From contig CP001848.1 of the NCBI GenBank assembly GCA_000025185.1, forward strand, positions 690,001 through 722,000: a stretch of DNA of 32,000 nt, read 5' to 3'. Below the pieces are notes generated by a model. It was not told where the DNA came from, did no database searches, and saw only the letters and a program-made list of their open reading frames with translations. The DNA comes from Pirellula staleyi DSM 6068 (GTDB taxonomy: Bacteria > Planctomycetota > Planctomycetia > Pirellulales > Pirellulaceae). A program made the position numbers and the translations under genes. Below, piece after piece: positions 9,055-15,171 of the stretch; position 1 is the stretch's first letter, and every line of letters begins with the position of its first letter.

Positions 9055-9083
9055 TTGACGCTGCGCGCCTGCAGGCGAATAGT
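9055..9083 (+). promoter_or_regulatory. possible sigma70-like promoter upstream of yegS (TTGACG-17-AATAGT)
   Basis: TTGACG at 9055-9060, a 17-nt spacer, then AATAGT at 9078-9083, about 50 nt upstream of the yegS ATG. This rests on a sequence pattern only. Confidence 0.25.
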
Positions 9084-9135
9084 GAGAGTGCTCTCCCCTC
9101 CTCTTCGGGCCTCTCCTCTTTCATACGCATGCACC

Positions 9136-10074
9136 ATGACACGAGCACGGCTGGTAATTCACGGACTTCGCGCTGCTGATCCGGGCGTTCGTGAAGCGGT
9201 GAAATTGGTGCGGGATAGCGGCGTCGATCTCGACGTACGTGTGACGTGGGAAGATGGGGACGCCACGCACTTCGCGCGCGAAGCGCTGCAGGCTGGCTAC
9301 GACCGCGTAATCGCAGGCGGAGGCGACGGCACCGTGAACGAAGTCCTCGCCGGGATGATCGATTGCAGGCTTGCTGCCACCGCCGTTTCCACCACCGCAC
9401 TTGCGATTTTGCCACTCGGAACAGCGAACGATTTTGCTCGTTCGGTCGGCATTCCGCTGCAAGATCCCGCCGCTGCACTCACATTTGCTTGTACCGCTGC
9501 CCCCTCGATGGTCGATGTCGGCTGTGTGAACGATCGGCTGTTCCTGAACGTTGCCAGCGGCGGTTTTGGCGCTGATGTCACCAATCGCACCCCGCCCCAA
9601 CTGAAGAAAGCGCTCGGCGGACTCGCTTATTCACTTGTCGGCATCGCAACAGCGCTCGAACTCGTTCCCTACCAATGCACCCTGCAAAGCTCCGACGGTA
9701 CGAACCCTCCCACCGAGCAATTTGATGTCGCCATTCTGGCAGTCGGCAATGGTCGACAGGCAGGTGGTGGCTATCAAGTGACCCCGCGGGCCAAGCTCAC
9801 CGATGGACTGCTCGATTTGGTCCTCGTTCCAGCCGTGGAAGTGAGCAACTGGATGGCGCTCGCCGGGGAATATATGAACCCCGGCCAAGAGGCGCTCGAG
9901 CACTTGATCTATCGCCAGCTCGATGCGTTTGCTTTGTCGTTCGATCGCGATCTGACACTCAACCTCGATGGCCAGCCGCTCGTTGCCACCGAATTTCAGT
10001 TTCGCGTGCTGCGGGGCGTTTTGCCCCTTGTGATTCCAGCCGACGATATCAACTGCGGCGCGATGCTCTCGTAA
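9136..10074 (+). CDS. yegS: YegS-family lipid kinase (diacylglycerol kinase catalytic domain family)
   Basis: Starting at ATG 9136 (MTRARLVIHG...), the protein is collinear by eye with E. coli YegS. Shared segments: VRVTWEDGDATHFAREA, VIAGGGDGTVNEV, LAILPLGTANDFARSVGIP, GGFGADVT, VGNGRQAGGG, LNLDGQPL. The ORF-track start at 8791 overlaps the upstream gene and was rejected. Confidence 0.9.
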   Translation: MTRARLVIHGLRAADPGVREAVKLVRDSGVDLDVRVTWEDGDATHFAREALQAGYDRVIAGGGDGTVNEVLAGMIDCRLAATAVSTTALAILPLGTANDFARSVGIPLQDPAAALTFACTAAPSMVDVGCVNDRLFLNVASGGFGADVTNRTPPQLKKALGGLAYSLVGIATALELVPYQCTLQSSDGTNPPTEQFDVAILAVGNGRQAGGGYQVTPRAKLTDGLLDLVLVPAVEVSNWMALAGEYMNPGQEALEHLIYRQLDAFALSFDRDLTLNLDGQPLVATEFQFRVLRGVLPLVIPADDINCGAMLS

Positions 10075-10107
10075 AGCTTCTCCTCACAGGGGGCGCTACG
10101 TGGTCGC

Positions 10108-10815
10108 TTAGCGCTCGCGATGTTTTCGCACACGATCCTCGAACATCTCGCGCCATGCAGCCGCGAGTTCTGGAAGCGCGGCAAGCTCGGTGGCCAAAGC
10201 GATCTCTTTCTTCTGGTGGTAACCAACATCGTTCACACGGGCGATGGTCCAGGTGGGATGTTTGCGCGCGACAAGCGTCAGCTCGAGTCCAGCGGTCAGT
10301 GTTCCCTCGCGCACCACACGCACATACCAGCCACTCTTGCCGTTCCTAATCACCTGCGCGGCGAGGTCGGCGATCCGCCAGCGACGCGAAAGTTTCCAGC
10401 ACGGCTGTCGGGGCTGCGAAACTTCCAGCAGCACGTCCCCCGCTTGCCACAGGTCGCCGATACAAACGTCGTTCTCTCCGAGCCCGGTGATCGACAGGTT
10501 CTCGCCAAAAGCGCCGCCGGTCATCTCCCCGGTCGCCAGCAGCCCGCTGCCCCGCAGATCGCGGTTCCACACCGGATAGTGATCTGCCGAGTAAGCGAGC
10601 ACCGCTTTGTCGATCCCTCCGTGATGCACCCGGTCGGCCACACCATCGCCGACGATCCCGAGCGATTTGGCCTGCACCGGACCTGCCACAGGGAGTTTGT
10701 AGAAGCCGGTTCGCCACGGGGTGTCGTGCTCGTCGGCAGCCCCCTCGGTGCCGCACTCCTGGGGAAGTCCCACTTGGATAGAAACGATACGCGGCGAGCT
10801 AGCAGCGGCGGTCAT
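10108..10815 (-). CDS. yiiM: MOSC domain-containing protein (YiiM-like)
   Basis: VHHGGIDKAVLAYSADHY, GAFGENLSITGLGENDVCIGD and LLEVSQPRQPCWKLSRRW match the YiiM/MOSC core pattern (VHGG..RA..., FGENL...GL.E..V.IGD, ..VSQPR.PC.KL). Confidence 0.88.
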   Translation of the reverse strand: MTAAASSPRIVSIQVGLPQECGTEGAADEHDTPWRTGFYKLPVAGPVQAKSLGIVGDGVADRVHHGGIDKAVLAYSADHYPVWNRDLRGSGLLATGEMTGGAFGENLSITGLGENDVCIGDLWQAGDVLLEVSQPRQPCWKLSRRWRIADLAAQVIRNGKSGWYVRVVREGTLTAGLELTLVARKHPTWTIARVNDVGYHQKKEIALATELAALPELAAAWREMFEDRVRKHRER

Positions 10816-11165
10816 ACGGGGCTGTTTCTGGGGTCTGGAGCCACGAGGCTTCGAAAAAACTGGCTACCCCATCATACCGGCGCGATCAATTTCCGCGGGT
10901 TCGCAAGAGAAATCAGATCTCCACAAAAACTCGCAAACAGAAACTGCAAAACAACTTAGGAAGTAAATCGCCAGCAATTCGACTCGTCGCGAAGTTTTTT
11001 CTCACGCCTGTGCGAACCTTTTTTCCGATGAGTCGTCTAGCTCTTATCTACCGGCAAGTTAGACGGGAAGGCGACGCTTCCGCTGCCTGGCGAGTGCTCC
11101 ACCAAGGGGCGACTCGACCGATCGCAGAGACGTGTCCGTTGCCTTAGCCCCCTAGTGGCGGTATA

Positions 11166-11204
11166 CTTGAGCGGTTACTGGCTCAAGCTGTTTTGATAGG
11201 TTTT
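11166..11204 (+). terminator. terminator-like hairpin plus T-rich tail in the non-coding region upstream of the sigma gene
   Basis: CTTGAGC (11166-11172), loop GGTTACTG, GCTCAAG (11181-11187), followed by CTGTTTTGATAGGTTTT. No annotated plus-strand gene ends here. Confidence 0.3.
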
Positions 11205-11412
11205 GCCTCCGCTCGTCGGTCGCGGCTGCCTCGTGCAATCGCAGACGGATCAGTGCGACCAAGACCCGGCAGGAACACCAGTAGCAATCGGCGGCTCATC
11301 GATTATGGGTCAAAAGGCACGATTGGCGGCATCGTAACCCCAGTCAGCCTTGGATTATTTCAGGTTCTCTCTCGCACGGTGCCCACGAAGGCCCAACGAG
11401 GAGGAAGTAGCC

Positions 11413-11730
11413 ATGCGTATCGTCAACACCACCATCGCCATCGAAACATCGATCGTCACCGTAGCGCGCGAAATCGTCGCAGCAGTGGCAGGCCTGGTAG
11501 TACGCGCAACGGCACTCCCACTCGATGCGCATCTATCGGGCAGTTCGGATAGTGATTCGCCGTTTGGTAAGGGCAAACAAAGCCCACCCAATAAGCGACG
11601 CTCATCCTTGAACCATCCTAACCGTGCCTATCTGCCCGCCATGGCGCAGCTCCTTGGAGCGTGTCGCTATGAACAGGGCATGCAATGGCAGTGGCGTCTG
11701 TGGCAAGGGAGCTGGCAAGGAATAGGGTAG
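11413..11730 (+). CDS. hypothetical small protein (105 aa) with a strong Shine-Dalgarno site
   Basis: GAGGAGGAAG lies 7 nt upstream of ATG 11413. The first ~40 codons use GC-ending codons typical of the flanking genes (atc, gtc, aac, acc, gcc). The C-terminal half (QWQWRLWQGSWQGIG) looks less protein-like. No family recognised. Confidence 0.35.
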   Translation: MRIVNTTIAIETSIVTVAREIVAAVAGLVVRATALPLDAHLSGSSDSDSPFGKGKQSPPNKRRSSLNHPNRAYLPAMAQLLGACRYEQGMQWQWRLWQGSWQGIG

Positions 11731-11963
11731 CTCGATAGTCAGCCGGTAAGCATTAGCACCCGCTAAACACCGTCTGGCGAGCATCCTTCCTCACTAGCCC
11801 CGAAAGCAGACGTCAGCCGAGCCCCACTCGCCGCTTCCTTCCTGGACGCGCTTGTGATTCTCGCCGCTGCTGCTGCTTTTTCTATGTGCTTCAGTCGTCC
11901 GCATGCCGCCACCACTCGTGGTGCCGCAGGTGTGCGTGACGCTTGCAAAAGAGAATCCAAGCA

Positions 11964-12533
11964 ATGATCACCGCAATCGAAGATGCAGCCCGAAATGAAG
12001 TAGTCGATCTCGTTCTCGCCGCTCAAACCGGCGACCGAGCCGCTTTTGGTCAACTGTTCGAGCGTTTCGAACGCCACGTCCTTACCATCGCACTGCGTCG
12101 ACTCGGCGATTACGCCGAAGCGCAAGAGCTGTGCCAGGACGTGTTCATCCAGGCCATGACGAAGATTGATCAGCTCCGCCAGCCCGAAGCATTCGCCGGC
12201 TGGTTGCGTCAGATCACGACCCGCATGGCCATCAACCGGATGGTGCGTCGAGCTCCCGATCGTTCCACCGAGCCCGAAGCTCTCGACGCCTTTTGTGTAG
12301 AGAACGAAACCCCTCTCGAAACAGCCATCGCCGGCGAGCGTCAAACGCATGTCCGCGAGGGTCTCGATCGGCTGGGGAACCTCGACCGCGAAACGCTGAT
12401 GGCGTTCTACGTCGATGGTCGTTCGCTGCTCGAAATGAGCGACGATTTCGACGCCCCCGTCGGAACCATCAAGCGTCGTCTGCACGTCGCCCGCAAGCGA
12501 CTGGCCCGCGAGGTAGAAGAGTTCGTGGCCTAA
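11964..12533 (+). CDS. ECF-type RNA polymerase sigma-70 family factor
   Basis: The region 2 pattern is present (FGQLFERFERHVLTIALRRLGDYAEAQELCQDVFIQA, FAGWLRQITTRMAINRM). Region 4 has its HTH (LDRETLMAFYVDGRSLLEMSDDFDAPVGTIKRRLHVARKRL). I chose ATG 11964; the ORF track begins at TTG 11943. Confidence 0.9.
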   Translation: MITAIEDAARNEVVDLVLAAQTGDRAAFGQLFERFERHVLTIALRRLGDYAEAQELCQDVFIQAMTKIDQLRQPEAFAGWLRQITTRMAINRMVRRAPDRSTEPEALDAFCVENETPLETAIAGERQTHVREGLDRLGNLDRETLMAFYVDGRSLLEMSDDFDAPVGTIKRRLHVARKRLAREVEEFVA

Positions 12534-12535
12534 CG

Positions 12536-12660
12536 TAGGGTGGCTACTAGCTGGCTTGTCCAGCAGTGAGGTAGGGCCGGTTCCACCGGCCGCTGCGCCG
12601 GGTGGCACTGCTTGAACTGCACCGTGCCGGGTGGCACTGCTGGCTTGTCCAGCAGTGTCC
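12536..12660. repeat. cluster of GC-rich hairpin repeats (GGGTGGCACTGCTGG-CTTGT-CCAGCAGTG type), REP-like
   Basis: GGGTGGCTACTAGCTGGCTTGTCCAGCAGTGAGG (12538-12570) and GGGTGGCACTGCTGGCTTGTCCAGCAGTGTCC (12629-12660) are near-identical direct copies. A half copy GGGTGGCACTGCT lies at 12600-12612. A perfect 7-bp hairpin GGCCGGT-TCC-ACCGGCC lies at 12575-12591. The cluster starts 3 nt after the sigma stop codon. Confidence 0.7.
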
Positions 12661-12707
12661 CTCTGCCAAGCCAGCTCCACTACCAATATCCACAACCAAA
12701 ACAGCCC

Positions 12708-12756
12708 CATGCGAGTTGCAGCGTGAAGCCGAGGAACTTCATGCCGTACTCGCATG
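12708..12756. other. 49-nt nested imperfect hairpin at the left border of the low-GC islet
   Basis: CATGCGAGT (12708-12716) pairs with ACTCGCATG (12748-12756). An inner TGAAG...CTTCA stem is nested inside. Confidence 0.4.
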
Positions 12757-12830
12757 TTGGCGTTTCTTGGGAGAACTTATGCCCAAACATGGGCCCCTCC
12801 ATGTGGAAGCGCATTGTGTGTCTTGGGATC

Positions 12831-12862
12831 AAAAATAAGGCTGCGATCCATGCAGCCTTATT
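12831..12862 (-). terminator. rho-independent terminator (minus strand) after the 91-aa ORF
   Basis: Perfect 11-bp stem AATAAGGCTGC (12834-12844) / GCAGCCTTATT (12852-12862) with loop GATCCAT. On the minus strand the stem is followed by TTTTT (plus-strand AAAAA at 12831-12835). It lies about 27 nt downstream of the stop at 12889. Confidence 0.75.
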
Positions 12863-12888
12863 CGTGAACTTCGACACCAAGGAATCGC

Positions 12889-13164
12889 TTAGCCAATATT
12901 ACGACCGTTAAACCCCCGCTGCTTGCGGATCAGTCCGCCATTATCCTCGCCTCGCCGGCGAAGGTTTAGCAGCCGTTTGTTTAACTGAGCCGCATCATAC
13001 TGTTGGCCAGGTGGTAAGTGCTGGTTTACCAGTTTCAGGAACCCCTCTGAGAGTTCCGGGTCAGAGACGATCTCATCAGCAGTATGTGGTACTGCCGCAT
13101 ATTGATCACAGATTACTCTGTCCGAAGTTCCGCCGTTTCCGGCACTAGACAATTGCGTTTTCAT
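12889..13164 (-). CDS. orphan small protein (91 aa), no family recognised
   Basis: GGAGAG SD lies 7 nt upstream of ATG 13164 (MKTQLSSAGNGG...). The ORF stays open in AT-rich DNA and is followed by a strong terminator. The basic C-terminus is LNKRLLNLRRRGEDNGGLIRKQRGFNGRNIG. Confidence 0.5.
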   Translation of the reverse strand: MKTQLSSAGNGGTSDRVICDQYAAVPHTADEIVSDPELSEGFLKLVNQHLPPGQQYDAAQLNKRLLNLRRRGEDNGGLIRKQRGFNGRNIG

Positions 13165-13243
13165 AAACAATACTCTCCAATGCCCTCAACGAAATGGTCA
13201 GTAGCTTCCACGAGGGCAAAACGGAAGCGACTGAACTAAATGA

Positions 13244-13288
13244 AGCCGTTGCCTGTAGACGCCAATCCGTCAGGCCACGGCTTTTTTT
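13244..13288 (+). terminator. plus-strand intrinsic-terminator-like hairpin with a T7 run, located between two minus-strand ORFs
   Basis: AGCCGTTGCC (13244-13253) pairs with GGCCACGGCT (13273-13282) with one mismatch. An inner GACG/CGTC stem is present. The hairpin is followed directly by TTTTTTT (13282-13288). On the minus strand the same hairpin is followed only by TCATTTAGTT. Confidence 0.5.
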
Positions 13289-13292
13289 CTGC

Positions 13293-13637
13293 TTACAGCT
13301 GCGACACTTCTGCCCCCTCTTCTTGGGCATCATCCTCTCCACCTGAATCGTCTTCGTCTTCGACGATATCTGTCAGGGCAAAGTACAACAGACGAGAATC
13401 TTCGTCCCTATGTAGTTCGTGCGTGTGCGAAGATTTGTAGTCGATACTGTACTTATCCAAAAAATTTTTCGCACGAATATACGTATTCGCACGACTTTGC
13501 TTGATCTCTATTGCTCCTTCACACCTTTCCTTTACAAGCCCCATCCCAACTACACGGACTTTTGGATCGAAATACAAAACACAGAAAGCCGAAATCGCGA
13601 ATACCAAAGCGATTGATAGCTCCCAGGTTGAATCCAA
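13293..13637 (-). CDS. orphan small protein (up to 114 aa) with one TM helix and a highly acidic C-terminal tail; start unresolved
   Basis: A 345-nt open frame in ~40% GC DNA. The TM segment is WELSIALVFAISAFCVLYF and the acidic tail is DIVEDEDDSGGEDDAQEEGAEVSQL. The only non-ATG start candidates are TTG 13637 or an upstream CTG. An internal ATG lies at 13544. See the frame-overlap finding. Confidence 0.45.
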   Translation of the reverse strand: MDSTWELSIALVFAISAFCVLYFDPKVRVVGMGLVKERCEGAIEIKQSRANTYIRAKNFLDKYSIDYKSSHTHELHRDEDSRLLYFALTDIVEDEDDSGGEDDAQEEGAEVSQL

Positions 13638-13719
13638 TTTGCCCTGTTTTCTGCCGAACAGTCGCGCGGGCAGCGAAACTCATGTCGGTTTCAACGAATT
13701 TTTCAAATACAAATTTCAT
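13519..13719 (-). CDS. 66-aa ORF carrying the promoter-proximal ATG and SD; possibly the 5' part of a frameshifted gene continuing in the 13293-13637 frame
   Basis: AAGGTGA lies 4 nt upstream of ATG 13719 (MKFVFEKFVETDMSF...), directly downstream of the TTGCAT-16-TATGAT promoter. It overlaps the 114-aa frame by 119 nt. Confidence 0.3.
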   Translation of the reverse strand: MKFVFEKFVETDMSFAARATVRQKTGQIGFNLGAINRFGIRDFGFLCFVFRSKSPCSWDGACKGKV

Positions 13720-13743
13720 CAATCACCTTCCCTTGCTGCATCG

Positions 13744-13771
13744 ATCATAACATCGAAACCTGCAGATGCAA
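13744..13771 (-). promoter_or_regulatory. sigma70-like promoter (minus strand) TTGCAT-16-TATGAT driving the islet ORFs
   Basis: The minus strand reads AAAAAGCTC-TTGCAT-ctgcaggtttcgatgt-TATGAT-cgatgcagcaagggAAGGTGAttgATG. The -35 is at 13771-13766 and the -10 at 13749-13744. There is an A-rich upstream tract. TTGCATC and GATGCAG half-sites flank the -10. Confidence 0.55.
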
Positions 13772-14454
13772 GAGCTTTTTTCACGTAACCACACCTTTTC
13801 ACACACACTCTCCCGCCGATTTATGCACAAGAAGATAGATGTGCGATGTTTTTCTAACTGGAGAATCGTTGCGAACTGCAGGTATGCGAAACGGTACGTC
13901 GACGCGCAAAATCAAAACACCCCGAAAGAACTGTAAATCACCCTTGCGTGTTGTTGTGTCAATCTATTTCCACTTTTTCATCCGCTGCGAAAGTCTGAAG
14001 GGATCCGATGCAGCCTTTCAACTGCGACTAGGACTGATTTAAGAAATGCGGCAGCCGCCGCTTTCGTGCCAAAAGCTAGGTCAACTAGGGAGAAATGAGT
14101 TGACGCTCACCATCATCGAACACGAAGCGGTATTCGTGTGTTTGTTGGCGCCGCGGCATGGGTGGAGTGCCTGAATGTGATGCTCGCACCATCAAAACCA
14201 TTAGCTCGAAACGCATCGTGTAGACTATTAACCGAATGGTCGGGGAATGACACACAACGTTAACGAACGCTACGATCCTCTAGCTCTTCATCGTTTTATG
14301 CAGCTCTTGAATAGAGGCGCGGTGAGTCGCACAAGCGCCGCTTCGATGGTTGGTTTGTCGTAGGCGCAGGTACGAGTGCGCAGCAGCTAGTTATGGCCCG
14401 GTGCCATGGGGAGATCATCGGTCGCTGCGGGTGCAGGATCGGTGGCAGAGCACT

Positions 14455-14850
14455 CTACCGGCCGGGGTTCCAGCCGTAGGTTTGGTCGAGGGCGAGTTGC
14501 ACAGCGCGGGTGATCTCGGCAAGGCGGACCGGTTTGCTGAGGACCTGAAAAGCGTTCGCTGCGCGGGCCTGCTGTTCGGTGGCGGGGTCCATGGCGGCCG
14601 AGAGCAAAATGAAGGGCATTCGCATGTCGACTTTGCGAATGGCATGCAAGGTTTCGAGACCTGTCAGCCGCGGCATATGCATGTCGACGAGGAGCAGATG
14701 GACCACCTGCCGCTCGAGGATGTCGAGCGCCTCTTGGCCGTCGGCGGCTTCGATGGTGTGGTAGCCACGATCCTCGAAGAGGTCGCACAAAGTGGTGCGG
14801 AAGTCGCGATCGTCGTCGGTAATGAGGAGCGAGGGGAACTCGAGTTTCAC
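14455..14850 (-). CDS. single-domain CheY-like response regulator (receiver only)
   Basis: Receiver motifs are present: LLITDDDRDFRTTL, HLLLVDMHMPRLTGLE, PFILLSA, LSKP. I chose GTG 14850 because AAGGAG (14864-14859) lies 7-8 nt upstream. The ORF-track start at 14868 is a TTG that lies 5' of this SD. Confidence 0.88.
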   Translation of the reverse strand: MKLEFPSLLITDDDRDFRTTLCDLFEDRGYHTIEAADGQEALDILERQVVHLLLVDMHMPRLTGLETLHAIRKVDMRMPFILLSAAMDPATEQQARAANAFQVLSKPVRLAEITRAVQLALDQTYGWNPGR

Positions 14851-15171
14851 AACTGCACTCCTTTCCAAAGCGAAGATTTCGGTGGCACAGGGAAATAAGC
14901 CCCAGCACCTGAAAACTGGTCAGCCGCTGGTCGCCAAAATGACCGGCTACGGCCCGCTGTCACACTAGCAATGCAAAGCGAGTGCCATCCGCTGCTGGTC
15001 GCAACTCTAGCTCACGCCCTGCGCCGCTGCTGATCGCGGCAACTCCAGCTATATCCTACTGTTAAGAAAATCGGGATGGATAGCAATGTCAAGCTGGGTG
15101 TTCCTGCCTAACTTGCCCAAAAATCCCAGGAAAATGCCTGCAACCGGCCTGATAGCACCTGGGCGCGTCGG

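Noticed and set aside
10897-10907. GGGTTCGCAAG resembles a tRNA T-arm (GGTTCGAAT).
   Set aside because: There is no acceptor stem, D-arm or anticodon arm in the flanking 80 nt, and the loop sequence is not canonical. I also saw no GTTCGAATC-type T-loop in non-coding DNA elsewhere in the window; the nearest match, GGGGTTCGAGCGATTCC at about 20126, lies inside a CDS.
12536-12660. Could the repeated hairpins after the sigma gene be a mini CRISPR array?
   Set aside because: There are only about 2.5 repeat units, with irregular spacing (about 60 and 0-17 nt), no uniform spacers, no leader and no cas genes in the window.
13839-14042. 67-aa plus-strand ORF inside the islet's non-coding part, and a 37-codon minus-strand ORF (ATGGTTTTGATGG..., about 14070-14190).
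   Set aside because: Neither has a ribosome-binding site. Composition is odd (Cys/Arg-rich, low complexity). Open frames this short arise easily by chance, so neither was retained as a feature.
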